Positions 9,989 to 18,655 of a stretch of DNA of 64,000 nucleotides are shown piece by piece. A model generated the notes under the pieces. That model made no database searches. It was not told the origin of the DNA and worked only from the letters and a program-made list of their open reading frames with translations. Origin of the DNA: Patescibacteria group bacterium (lineage in GTDB: Bacteria; Patescibacteriota; Minisyncoccia; Phycocordibacterales; SBAW01); assembly GCA_019752125.1 (NCBI GenBank), contig JAIEMM010000006.1, forward strand, positions 6,120 to 70,119, written 5' to 3'. The position numbers were made by a program, and so were the translations under genes. How positions within the stretch are numbered: position 1 is the first letter of the stretch; each line of letters opens with the position of its first letter.

Positions 9989-10765
9989 ATGTATAAGAAG
10001 AAATCTCTCGGACAGAATTTTTTGAAAAGCCCGGCATATTTGCAGGCTATTGTTGATGCCGCGGGCGTGCAGAAAGGGGACTTGGTGCTTGAGATCGGGC
10101 CAGGGGAGGGCGCTCTTACAAAAGAACTTCTTGAGCGTGGAGCAACGGTGGTTGCGGTTGAAAAAGACCACAGGCTTATTCCTATGCTCCACGTAACATT
10201 TGATACACAAATTTACAGCAAACAACTTCAAGTAATAGAAGGGGATGCTCTAGAACTTAACGCGCACGAATTACTTGGAAAGAAAGAATTTAAACTCGTC
10301 GCAAATATTCCGTACTACATTACGGGAGCACTGCTTAAAAAATTCCTTTCAGAGGAAACTGTCCAGCCAAGCACTCTTGTATTTTTAGTTCAAAAAGAAG
10401 TTGCGGAACGAATCTCTAAAAGTAAAAAGGAGAGTATTTTATCTCTTTCAGTAAAAGTATACGGGGACGTGGTGTATGTAAAAACTGTTCCACGCGGTGC
10501 ATTCAGCCCAGCTCCTGAAGTTGATTCTGCAATTTTGCTCGTTAAAAATGTTTCAAAAAAGAATTTTCAAAACGAAAAAGAAGAGCAGCGTTTTTTTACA
10601 CTTGTACGTGCAGGATTTTCACAAAAACGAAAGAAGTTGAAAAACAATCTTGCGGGGGTGCTTGGTTCAGAAACTGCTGCGCGCATGGAAGCGGCGGGAA
10701 TTCCGCAAGACGCACGTGCTGAAGATGTTGCCTTAGAGCAGTGGCTTACGCTCACTAAGGTCTAG
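9989..10765 (+). CDS. rsmA: 16S rRNA (adenine1518/1519-N6)-dimethyltransferase
   Basis: KsgA signature (LGQNFL…LEIGPGEGALT…NIPYYIT). Confidence 0.9.
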   Translation: MYKKKSLGQNFLKSPAYLQAIVDAAGVQKGDLVLEIGPGEGALTKELLERGATVVAVEKDHRLIPMLHVTFDTQIYSKQLQVIEGDALELNAHELLGKKEFKLVANIPYYITGALLKKFLSEETVQPSTLVFLVQKEVAERISKSKKESILSLSVKVYGDVVYVKTVPRGAFSPAPEVDSAILLVKNVSKKNFQNEKEEQRFFTLVRAGFSQKRKKLKNNLAGVLGSETAARMEAAGIPQDARAEDVALEQWLTLTKV

Positions 10766-11273
10766 GGAGTAGGCTTTGGTTTGCCCACTGCATGCGTTCT
10801 CCAAGAAGTGGGGGAACGGGTATCCAATATGGATAGAAAGGTATCTGGCAGCTAAATGGTGCTGTTGGAATAGAAGGGGGCGGACAGCAGAAGTATGGGA
10901 TGTCTGCTATCCCTAATATTTGTTGCCCCACAATGTATGGGGGAGGATCCGGGTTAGGAGAAGGAGGGTATAGAGGGAGCAACCCAGGAGCCGGGACACC
11001 TCGCAAGGTGGCCGGTGTCCATATATAGAACGTGTTCTTTGTGGCAGGGGCCGGAACAATCGTTACAAACTCTGCAGGTCCAGCAGAGCTTGTACACGGA
11101 ACAAATGCCGCTATTTTGCCTCCAAAGGAGAGGCCGCTCGCAGATGCCGACGCCACGACCGGTGTAACTAAGAGCGTGAGCGAAAAAATTGAGGAAACAA
11201 TGGAACTTAGAATGCTCATATCCATATTATACTGTAGAGAATGGATACGGGCCGATATCTCCCAAGTACGCAA
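10755..11273 (-). CDS. hypothetical Pro-rich secreted/membrane protein (start possibly 11228)
   Basis: ORF convergent with rsmA. Internal Met followed by a hydrophobic signal-like segment (MSILSSIVSSIFSLTLLVTPVVASASA) and a proline-rich C-terminus. Its 5' end overlaps the start of the + strand gene at 11241, so the start is uncertain. Confidence 0.35.
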   Translation of the reverse strand: MRTWEISARIHSLQYNMDMSILSSIVSSIFSLTLLVTPVVASASASGLSFGGKIAAFVPCTSSAGPAEFVTIVPAPATKNTFYIWTPATLRGVPAPGLLPLYPPSPNPDPPPYIVGQQILGIADIPYFCCPPPSIPTAPFSCQIPFYPYWIPVPPLLGERMQWANQSLLPRP

Positions 11274-12134
11274 TTTTCTCTTATAGCCATCTCACTATTT
11301 CTTTCGGCAGGCCTTGTGTTTGCTGCAGAATATATAGGTACGCCTTCCACAAGCTCACTTGCGGTAGGCGCCGCACGTGTACAGACACCAGTAGCCGAAG
11401 GCGACTGGAAGTCTTCACTTGAAACTGTGCAGAAAAATTCTGGTATTTCGCTGCCTGCTGCGCCTGACCAAAATACAGTGGAGGCACTTTTGCAGGCCGC
11501 GCAAAGCAATAATCTCACAGACAGTGTGTCAAAAAGCTTATTTGTAAACTTAGTCAACGCTAAAGGGCAGGGGCTCGGTGCCGACATACCAACACAAGAC
11601 CAAATAGTGGCCCAGGCTCTCTCCCAGGTGCCTTCCTCAGTTGGAACAAAAACCTATTTTTCAGAAGACCTTTCCCTTACGGACAACTCATCTGCGTCAC
11701 TGCACGCCTACGGCAATGCCGTAATGGCAATTCTGCAGAAAAATTCTAACCAAGAATATGCAAAAACACTCGTTATCCTCGACGCCATCACAACTAAAAA
11801 CGATGGGGCACAGCTTGAGCTACTAAAACCTATCCAAAAAACCTATCAACATATAGCAGCCGAGCTATTGGAAACACCTGTACCAAAAATGCTCGTCCCT
11901 TTCCATCTGCAGCTTCTAAACGATTTTGAAAATATAGCCGGAACCTACGATAAGTTTACATCGCTCGTTGGTGACCCCCTCAGTGGAATTGCGGCAATAC
12001 AGCAATATAGAACACTCACGCAGGATGCAGGGCAAATGTTCATAAACATCGCACAAACTTTCCAGAAGAACGATATAATTTTCACTAAGGACGAGCCAGG
12101 AGCGACGTGGGCTATTCTTCTGCAATCGCAGTAA
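11241..12134 (+). CDS. hypothetical N-terminally membrane-anchored protein (first gene of the T4SS-like operon)
   Basis: N-terminal TM (FSLIAISLFLSAGLVFAA) followed by an extracytoplasmic domain. It ends 6 nt before the next gene. Confidence 0.5.
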   Translation: MDTGRYLPSTQFSLIAISLFLSAGLVFAAEYIGTPSTSSLAVGAARVQTPVAEGDWKSSLETVQKNSGISLPAAPDQNTVEALLQAAQSNNLTDSVSKSLFVNLVNAKGQGLGADIPTQDQIVAQALSQVPSSVGTKTYFSEDLSLTDNSSASLHAYGNAVMAILQKNSNQEYAKTLVILDAITTKNDGAQLELLKPIQKTYQHIAAELLETPVPKMLVPFHLQLLNDFENIAGTYDKFTSLVGDPLSGIAAIQQYRTLTQDAGQMFINIAQTFQKNDIIFTKDEPGATWAILLQSQ

Positions 12135-12140
12135 ATCACA

Positions 12141-14291
12141 ATGAATAAAAAATTCGTTTATATCATCCTCATCGCCCTGGCAATCTTTCTTTTAGTTGCG
12201 CTGCTATGGTGGTGGTTTTTGCGGAGGGAAGGGAGTGCAATTCAAAATACCGGCACTTTTGGCACAGCCCAAAATGCTGCACAAAATAAAGGCTCTTCAA
12301 ACGGAACCTCAACCAACGTCGGCACTCCATTGTCTGGACCGGATGTGTCTATGGATGTGGGGCAAACAAACACTCCACTTGGGGGTATTGGGCAAAATAC
12401 AGTAAATGGCCAAATACCGACACAAGATGGTGGGGCCACTACTGTTGGTCCTATCACTGTTGGGAACCCTGTCATAGTCGGCACAGTAGGAGTGCCGGAT
12501 GTTGTGTGGCTTTCAGGTGACCCTGCAAGTACGACACAGGGTGGGACAACAAACGGCGCAGGTACCGTATTTAACCCAACCGCTATAAATCAAATTGCCC
12601 AATCAAACCCAACTGGCAATGGTGGAATTTTGCCTAACATCGGATACAACGGGTACGGACAGCAAACAAACAATAGTGGCTCAGCGCTAGGCTCTATTGG
12701 AATAGCAGCAGGGGTCGGCGTTGTTAGTTGCGCGATAGTTCCTGCACTTCAAGAAGTAGCATCAAAATTATTTGGAGCAAAAGAGGCCGCTCCACAAGCA
12801 ACAGCTCAGGCTTCAGTGACCGCCGGACAAACTGGGGTAGCTGCTTTAAGCGTCTCCACGATTGACCTAGGAGCAAATACACGTTTAGGTTTGGGTTTTA
12901 CAGGACTCACAGCATCTATTGCAGGGAATCAACAAGGTCAACAAACCATCGACCAGTTTATGGGCTGCATTACGCGCAACGTAGCAAAAATTATGTTGCA
13001 GCAAATCACCAGCAGCGTTGTGAACTGGATTAACTCTGGGTTCAACGGCTCTCCAGCATTCGTGCAAAATCCAACACAGTTTATTCAAAAAACTACTGAT
13101 GTCATCGCCGGTCAATATATCCAAAGTAGCGCGCTTTCGTTTTTATGCAGCCCATTTCAGTTGCAGGTGAAGATTGCTATTGCCCAAAGCTATGCAAACC
13201 GCAACGCGGCTTCGTGTACCCTGACACAAGTTTCCAATAACATAACAGGCTTTATGCGAGGATCCTTCAGCTCGGCGGGAGGTTGGCCAGCATTCCTTTC
13301 ATTTACATCTGTCCCTACCAATAACCCGTATGGTGCATTTATGTACGCATCTGCTGGCTTACTTACCGCTCAAAACAAAGCCCAAAACCAAGTACGTACA
13401 GATTTACTGCAGGGCAGCGGATTCCTTTCCTTCCAGCAAAAAGTGGCAGGAAGCTGTGTAACTACGTCTACGCCACCACCACCAAGTCTTAACAAGTCGA
13501 TAACCGCAAAAACCAGCTCTACTCCAAACTCTTCGCAGCAGCTCTATGAGGTGTGTGACTACGTTACTGCAACTCCAGGAAAGGTTATTGCCGACTCTTT
13601 GGGCGCGACACAAAAAAGCACTCTGGACCAACTTACGCTCGCAAAAAGTTTCGATGAAATAATAAGTGCTCTCATTAATCAGCTGATGACACGTACTCTG
13701 CAAAGCGGACTTTCAAATTTGAGTGGACAGAATGGCTACGCAAGTAACTTCTATACAGTCGACCAGCAACAAGCACAGGGCGCACAACAAACACTACTTG
13801 CTCAAATGCAAAGCGACACAGCAACTGCAAGCCAGTACGGTAGTGTGCAGCAGGGAAGTATCCAAGATATACAAAGTGCCCAAAACCAACTTAACAATGC
13901 ATATAACTGCTGGAACAACGTCGCGCAAACAAGTACGAGCACGACGATAACAGCTTCAGTAAAGACACAAGCTCTCACAAACGCAGCAAGTGCATCTACA
14001 ACTCTAGGTTCACTTAACACGACGGTTGACTCATATAACGATAGAATTACAAAGGTTAACGTTGCAATAGTCGCACTTCAACAACTAGAAAGCCGCGTAC
14101 TTTCTGCCTCGTCGGGCTCTGAAGTATCTGCTATCCAAAATGACTACAATGCCGCTAAAGCTTCTGGGCAATTCCCAACTGCAGCTGATGTAACAAATGC
14201 CCAGCAAAACCGCGTAACGTTGCAAAGCCAAATGTCGACCATAAGCTCACAGGCGAACGATTCCCTTCAACAATGCAATGCTATTTTCTAA
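12141..14291 (+). CDS. large membrane-anchored surface protein with extended G/T/N/Q/S-rich low-complexity region
   Basis: 716 aa with an N-terminal TM (FVYIILIALAIFLLVALLWWWFL), about 150 aa of low complexity (GTFGTAQNAAQNKGSSNGTSTNVGTPLSG…) and a Q/N/S-rich C-terminal coiled-coil-like region. It overlaps the downstream gene by 14 nt. Confidence 0.6.
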   Translation: MNKKFVYIILIALAIFLLVALLWWWFLRREGSAIQNTGTFGTAQNAAQNKGSSNGTSTNVGTPLSGPDVSMDVGQTNTPLGGIGQNTVNGQIPTQDGGATTVGPITVGNPVIVGTVGVPDVVWLSGDPASTTQGGTTNGAGTVFNPTAINQIAQSNPTGNGGILPNIGYNGYGQQTNNSGSALGSIGIAAGVGVVSCAIVPALQEVASKLFGAKEAAPQATAQASVTAGQTGVAALSVSTIDLGANTRLGLGFTGLTASIAGNQQGQQTIDQFMGCITRNVAKIMLQQITSSVVNWINSGFNGSPAFVQNPTQFIQKTTDVIAGQYIQSSALSFLCSPFQLQVKIAIAQSYANRNAASCTLTQVSNNITGFMRGSFSSAGGWPAFLSFTSVPTNNPYGAFMYASAGLLTAQNKAQNQVRTDLLQGSGFLSFQQKVAGSCVTTSTPPPPSLNKSITAKTSSTPNSSQQLYEVCDYVTATPGKVIADSLGATQKSTLDQLTLAKSFDEIISALINQLMTRTLQSGLSNLSGQNGYASNFYTVDQQQAQGAQQTLLAQMQSDTATASQYGSVQQGSIQDIQSAQNQLNNAYNCWNNVAQTSTSTTITASVKTQALTNAASASTTLGSLNTTVDSYNDRITKVNVAIVALQQLESRVLSASSGSEVSAIQNDYNAAKASGQFPTAADVTNAQQNRVTLQSQMSTISSQANDSLQQCNAIF

Positions 14292-16881
14292 CTCTCTGAC
14301 ATACCTAAAAGGAAAAAATCTGCGACGCGTCGTAGCGGGGGTTTTACTGTTACTTGTATTTTTATTGCCTGTTCAAAATGTGCTGACTACACCGGTCGTG
14401 TCTGTGGCACATGCCCAGGACGCAGCATTCTGCGACAACGCAAGTACGTGTCTCACCAGTATTGTGTATCTGTTTGCCGTCTATATACCAACAAACTTTG
14501 CGTATGCCGCTGGGTATCTTTTTAACGCTGCCCTCCAACTTGCCTTAAATAGTGCCTCGTATGCATTGAACTTTCTTTCGCTGGGGTGGACAATCGTGCG
14601 TGATATCGCAAATCTGACATTTATCTTCATCCTTATATACATCGCGTACATAATCATCATGCGTGCCGAGAGCTCTGGAACGATGCGCATGCTTGCGTGG
14701 GTTGTTGCGATGGCGCTGCTTATTAACTTCAGCTTCTTTATAACTCGCATAGTTATCGATGCGGGGAATATTCTTTCAGTGCAGTTCTACAATGCCATAA
14801 GTATCCCAAACACAATACCTTCTCCCTTAAGCACTCAACAATGTCCACCAAACTGTATCAAAGACCTCACAGGGGGCATCATGGACGCAGTAAAGGTCCA
14901 AAGTATTTTGGGAGATAAGTCATTTAATGCTTTCATTAATGACCCTAAGCAAAAAGATGGTATCGGCACCTTTAGTACAAACGTGCTTGTGCAAACGCTG
15001 GTATTCGTTTCAGTTGGAATATTTTTGTCACTACTTGGGTTTGTATTCCTTATCGTTGGTATAAAATTCATCGTCCGTGTTGTAGTGCTGTGGCTTACCA
15101 TAGTAGCCTCTCCGCTTGCGTTTGCAGCCCACGCGCTTCCAAGCAACAAAAAAGTTATGGGATATTACCAGATGTGGCAGGACAATCTCATACAGTCGGC
15201 ATTTTACCCCGCAGTATTCTTGTTTTTGTTCTTCATAATGAACCTATTCTTGGTGGCGTTGGCCGGCGACAAGGGCCTTGTACCAAATATTTTCAATTCT
15301 ATTGCCCAGATAAATAACAGTAGCGCGAGCGCCGCCCAAGCTGGCATAAGCGTTATCGCAAACATCGGGGTCCGCATGGGCTTGGTGATAGTGCTTCTGT
15401 ACTTTGCAATGAAAGCATCGGACGCCTTCAGTTCGATGGGGAGCGGAATGGCAAATAGTATTGCGAGCTGGACAGGCAGCAAGGCTGCAAACATGACCGC
15501 TGGAACTTCTTCATGGCTTGCTCGAAACAGCGCTGGGCGGCTTGCAAACGCAGCTGCGCGCAGCGCGACAGTGCGTGACTGGGCAGCCAAAAACCCTCTC
15601 TATGGAGGACGCCTGGTGTCTGGCGCGCTTAACAAAGCCGCAACCTCAAGTCTTGATATACGCGGTATTGGAGGTCTAAAAAGTCTTGTGGGTAAGGCTG
15701 GTTTTGACCTGAGTGGCCCAGGCGGTAAGGGTGGGTATAGGCAGCAAGAGGCTGACAGAGCAAAAGCGGCTGAAAAATTTGCAAAAGGTCTTAAGAGTGA
15801 TGCTATATACATAAAGCAAAATGCATTAGCTGTTGGGAAAGCGGACCAGGAAAGAATTAAAAGAGAGGGAGTTGCAGCTGCAATTCGCGAATACCAAGAA
15901 GCATATGACTCAAAAAGAAAGCCCGGAGAACAGGCGTTCCATGAGCGCATGCAAAATCTTGAGAAGGCTCGGGTCGAAGCTGAGAGAGCTGCTGCTGCTT
16001 TTAAGGCTTCTGGGGATAAAACAGGAGAAGCTGCTGCTCAATCTGCCCTTATGGCTAATAATCGCCAGATAGCCGAGCTGCAGTCGGCGAGTGCTAAAAA
16101 ATATACGGATGCTGAGAAAGCATTGGCCGAACTCGCAGAAAAAGGAGAATCTGCGGCTCTGAAAAAGATTGGTGAAAATAGGATTAAAGACATGGATAAG
16201 AAACGTATCAATGAAGCTGCAGACTACGAAGAGAGCCGCCGTTTTGGAAATATGTACATGCCTTCAGTTGGGAATATTGAGGGCGCGATGAAAATGAGTA
16301 AGGTTGCGAGTGGCAAAACAGATGTGAGTGAGGCGGCAGAGCACCTCTTGCATGCAATACACGAGCAAAATGGAGGTGGACATGGAAAAGGCCATGACGA
16401 AGAAAAAAAGCAGCCAGAAAAGAAAACGGAAAAGAAGGGTGATGCAAAACCTAAAGATGAGCATCCACCTGATCCTCACCACCTGACCTTAAAAGGCATT
16501 CAAGCAGCGGCTCAACACTACGGGAGCAATGAGGCTGCAGGCGATGCAATTATGGAGAAAATCAAACGATTAGATTTGAGAATGAGAAACGTGCAAGAAA
16601 ACACCTCGTCTCAAGGAGCGCAAATGGCCGGCGTTCAGCAGTCTCTAAACAATCTGCAGCGCCAACGACCATCCACACCAACAAGCCCAACAACATTTGA
16701 AACCAGCTCAACTGGGCAAGGAACACTGCGTCCGAAAACAGGCACAACAGTAGTTGGAGGAGCAGATGAAGGAAGAAACCGAAGAATGCCGACTGACAGG
16801 GGAGAACAGGGCGCCCAACGCACAATAGACGAGCTCGCAAATTCAACAAACGACAAACAAAATCCACCTGAAGCTGTATAA
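14278..16881 (+). CDS. VirB6/TrbL-like polytopic membrane protein with ~450-aa C-terminal K/E/A-rich coiled-coil tail
   Basis: Signal-like N-terminus and at least 6 hydrophobic helices in the first ~400 aa, the typical TrbL/VirB6 layout. Then a hydrophilic tail (…KAAEKFAKGLKSD…AERAAAAFKASGDKTGEAAAQ…) ending in a His-rich segment (HGKGHDEEKKQPEKK…HPPDPHH). Confidence 0.55.
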   Translation: MLFSNSLTYLKGKNLRRVVAGVLLLLVFLLPVQNVLTTPVVSVAHAQDAAFCDNASTCLTSIVYLFAVYIPTNFAYAAGYLFNAALQLALNSASYALNFLSLGWTIVRDIANLTFIFILIYIAYIIIMRAESSGTMRMLAWVVAMALLINFSFFITRIVIDAGNILSVQFYNAISIPNTIPSPLSTQQCPPNCIKDLTGGIMDAVKVQSILGDKSFNAFINDPKQKDGIGTFSTNVLVQTLVFVSVGIFLSLLGFVFLIVGIKFIVRVVVLWLTIVASPLAFAAHALPSNKKVMGYYQMWQDNLIQSAFYPAVFLFLFFIMNLFLVALAGDKGLVPNIFNSIAQINNSSASAAQAGISVIANIGVRMGLVIVLLYFAMKASDAFSSMGSGMANSIASWTGSKAANMTAGTSSWLARNSAGRLANAAARSATVRDWAAKNPLYGGRLVSGALNKAATSSLDIRGIGGLKSLVGKAGFDLSGPGGKGGYRQQEADRAKAAEKFAKGLKSDAIYIKQNALAVGKADQERIKREGVAAAIREYQEAYDSKRKPGEQAFHERMQNLEKARVEAERAAAAFKASGDKTGEAAAQSALMANNRQIAELQSASAKKYTDAEKALAELAEKGESAALKKIGENRIKDMDKKRINEAADYEESRRFGNMYMPSVGNIEGAMKMSKVASGKTDVSEAAEHLLHAIHEQNGGGHGKGHDEEKKQPEKKTEKKGDAKPKDEHPPDPHHLTLKGIQAAAQHYGSNEAAGDAIMEKIKRLDLRMRNVQENTSSQGAQMAGVQQSLNNLQRQRPSTPTSPTTFETSSTGQGTLRPKTGTTVVGGADEGRNRRMPTDRGEQGAQRTIDELANSTNDKQNPPEAV

Positions 16882-16901
16882 AATACGTTGGACCGATTTG
16901 G

Positions 16902-17546
16902 TTGCGGTACAATATAGACATGCCTGAGGATTCTACGAACTCAACTCAAAATCAAATAGAGCAGCGACTTGCTGAACTGCCGCAAGACGTGCGAGACGCT
17001 ATGCTTTCTGCACAGCTTGGAGAAAATTTGCGTGCAATAGGCCAAAAACATGGTCTCCATATAGACCAAGTTGGTGTATTGGAAGACGAAACCATGCTTG
17101 TGATGCTTGGGTTTTTTGAGCCCGAAGACTTCAACAACCAACTCATCGCACAACTGAGAATTTCTCCCGCTGACGCAGAGGCCATAACGCAGGAGGTGAC
17201 TCAGCAGGTTTTTCTTCCAATTCGGGAATCTATGAAAGCCTTTACGGAATCTAAACGCAAAATTATGTCTGAACCTGCGCAAGTTCGTCCGATCGGTTCC
17301 GTCGAACCGCGGCCCGATCTTGCTCCGGCATCCGCAACAGTTGGGGCCACTTCTACTAACATTCCGATCAGGATTGAAACGCCGCAGCAGAATCCGGTTG
17401 CGCCGCCCCAAGCGGCGTCAGAGGGTTCTGCGCAGGCAAAACCAACAATGCCTCCGATGCCAAATGCAGAAAAAATGCTGACACAAACGACTGTTACTAA
17501 ACCTATCTACAAAACTGACCCGTATCGTGAGCCAATAGAGCCGTAG
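16902..17546 (+). CDS. hypothetical protein in T4SS-like operon
   Basis: 214-aa ORF tightly spaced between the VirB6-like and PrgI-like genes. Hydrophilic, Pro/Ala-rich C-terminus, no TM. Confidence 0.45.
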   Translation: MRYNIDMPEDSTNSTQNQIEQRLAELPQDVRDAMLSAQLGENLRAIGQKHGLHIDQVGVLEDETMLVMLGFFEPEDFNNQLIAQLRISPADAEAITQEVTQQVFLPIRESMKAFTESKRKIMSEPAQVRPIGSVEPRPDLAPASATVGATSTNIPIRIETPQQNPVAPPQAASEGSAQAKPTMPPMPNAEKMLTQTTVTKPIYKTDPYREPIEP

Positions 17547-17577
17547 CCTCAGAAATTTTGCTATATACTAAAGGGGA

Positions 17578-17979
17578 ATGCGATACCAAGTTCCTCAATT
17601 TATTGAAGTTGAAGATAAAATATTCGGGCCACTAACCCTGAAACAGTTCGTGTATTTGGCAGGCGGAGGAGGTCTCTGTCTCGCATTTTTTACACTGCTT
17701 CCTTTTTTTGTGTTCGTCATACTCGCCATCCCAGTTATGGGCCTCTCGTTGGCTCTTGCGTTTTATCGAGTAAACGACCGCCCTTTTATCACCGCCATAG
17801 AACACGCATTTGGTTTCTACACTAACAGCAAACTCTATTTGTGGAAGCAGCGCCCGCCGGAACTCGTGCAAACACAAGCTACCGCGCAACCAATCACTCA
17901 GGCAATGGTTCCTAAACTTTCAGAAAGCCGCCTCAAAGACCTTGCGTGGTCGTTGAACATTAAAGAGAAAGCGGAGTAA
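17578..17979 (+). CDS. PrgI/VirB3-like small membrane protein
   Basis: 133 aa. Motif (FGPLTLKQFVYLAGGGGLCLAFFTLLP…) and a two-helix topology immediately upstream of VirB4, as seen for PrgI/VirB3 family proteins. Confidence 0.5.
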   Translation: MRYQVPQFIEVEDKIFGPLTLKQFVYLAGGGGLCLAFFTLLPFFVFVILAIPVMGLSLALAFYRVNDRPFITAIEHAFGFYTNSKLYLWKQRPPELVQTQATAQPITQAMVPKLSESRLKDLAWSLNIKEKAE

Positions 17980-17983
17980 TACT

Positions 17984-18649
17984 ATGGCCGACGCACCTAT
18001 AAAAGCACAAGCAACGCAGGATTTCGTACCTATAAAAGAAGTACGGAATGGCATTGTCATACTTAAAGACGGCTCAATGAGAGCGCTTCTTATGGCATCT
18101 TCCATAAACCTTGCGCTTAAATCACAGGATGAGCAAAATGCCATCATCGGCCAGTTCCAAAACTTTTTAAACTCACTTGAGTTCACCGTTCAGTTTTTCG
18201 TCGAGAGTCGCGACCTCGACATCCGTCCCTACCTCGCAATTTTGGAAGAGCGCTATGTTGCAGAACTCGATGACTTGATGAAAATCCAAATCCGAGAATA
18301 CATAAGCTTTATCAAAGATTTCACGGCCCGCTCAAACATCATGTCGAAAAACTTCTTTATCGTAGTTCCATACGACCCAGCGCTTGTTGGAAGAGGGAAG
18401 GGGGTTGCAGGAGCGCTCAGCGCACTCGTTCCATCAAAAAACTCCAGCAACAACGTGCTCACTGACGAACAGTTTGAACAATATCGTACCCAGTTAGAAC
18501 AACGTGTTTCTGTTGTCGAACAAGGTTTGGTGCGCACAGGCGTGCGCGTCGCTCCGCTTGGGACGGAAGAAATTATCGAGTTATTCTATAAGTTGTTTAA
18601 CCCGGGAGAACTTGAGAAGCCTCAGCAGGTAACTCAGATCGTTCACTAA
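17984..18649 (+). CDS. virB4: VirB4/TraE-family conjugal-transfer ATPase, N-terminal domain as a separate ORF
   Basis: The conserved VirB4 N-terminal block (FVPIKEVRNGIVILKDGSMRALLMASSINLALKSQDEQNAIIGQFQNFLNSL) is present. The stop at 18649 is followed 6 nt later by the ATG of the ATPase-domain ORF. Confidence 0.6.
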   Translation: MADAPIKAQATQDFVPIKEVRNGIVILKDGSMRALLMASSINLALKSQDEQNAIIGQFQNFLNSLEFTVQFFVESRDLDIRPYLAILEERYVAELDDLMKIQIREYISFIKDFTARSNIMSKNFFIVVPYDPALVGRGKGVAGALSALVPSKNSSNNVLTDEQFEQYRTQLEQRVSVVEQGLVRTGVRVAPLGTEEIIELFYKLFNPGELEKPQQVTQIVH

Positions 18650-18655
18650 CACTAT

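Noticed and set aside
16941-17411. 156-aa minus-strand ORF antisense to the 16902..17546 gene
   Set aside because: It interrupts an otherwise perfectly co-directional, tightly spaced operon. It is R/N-rich with no motifs and is a shadow ORF.
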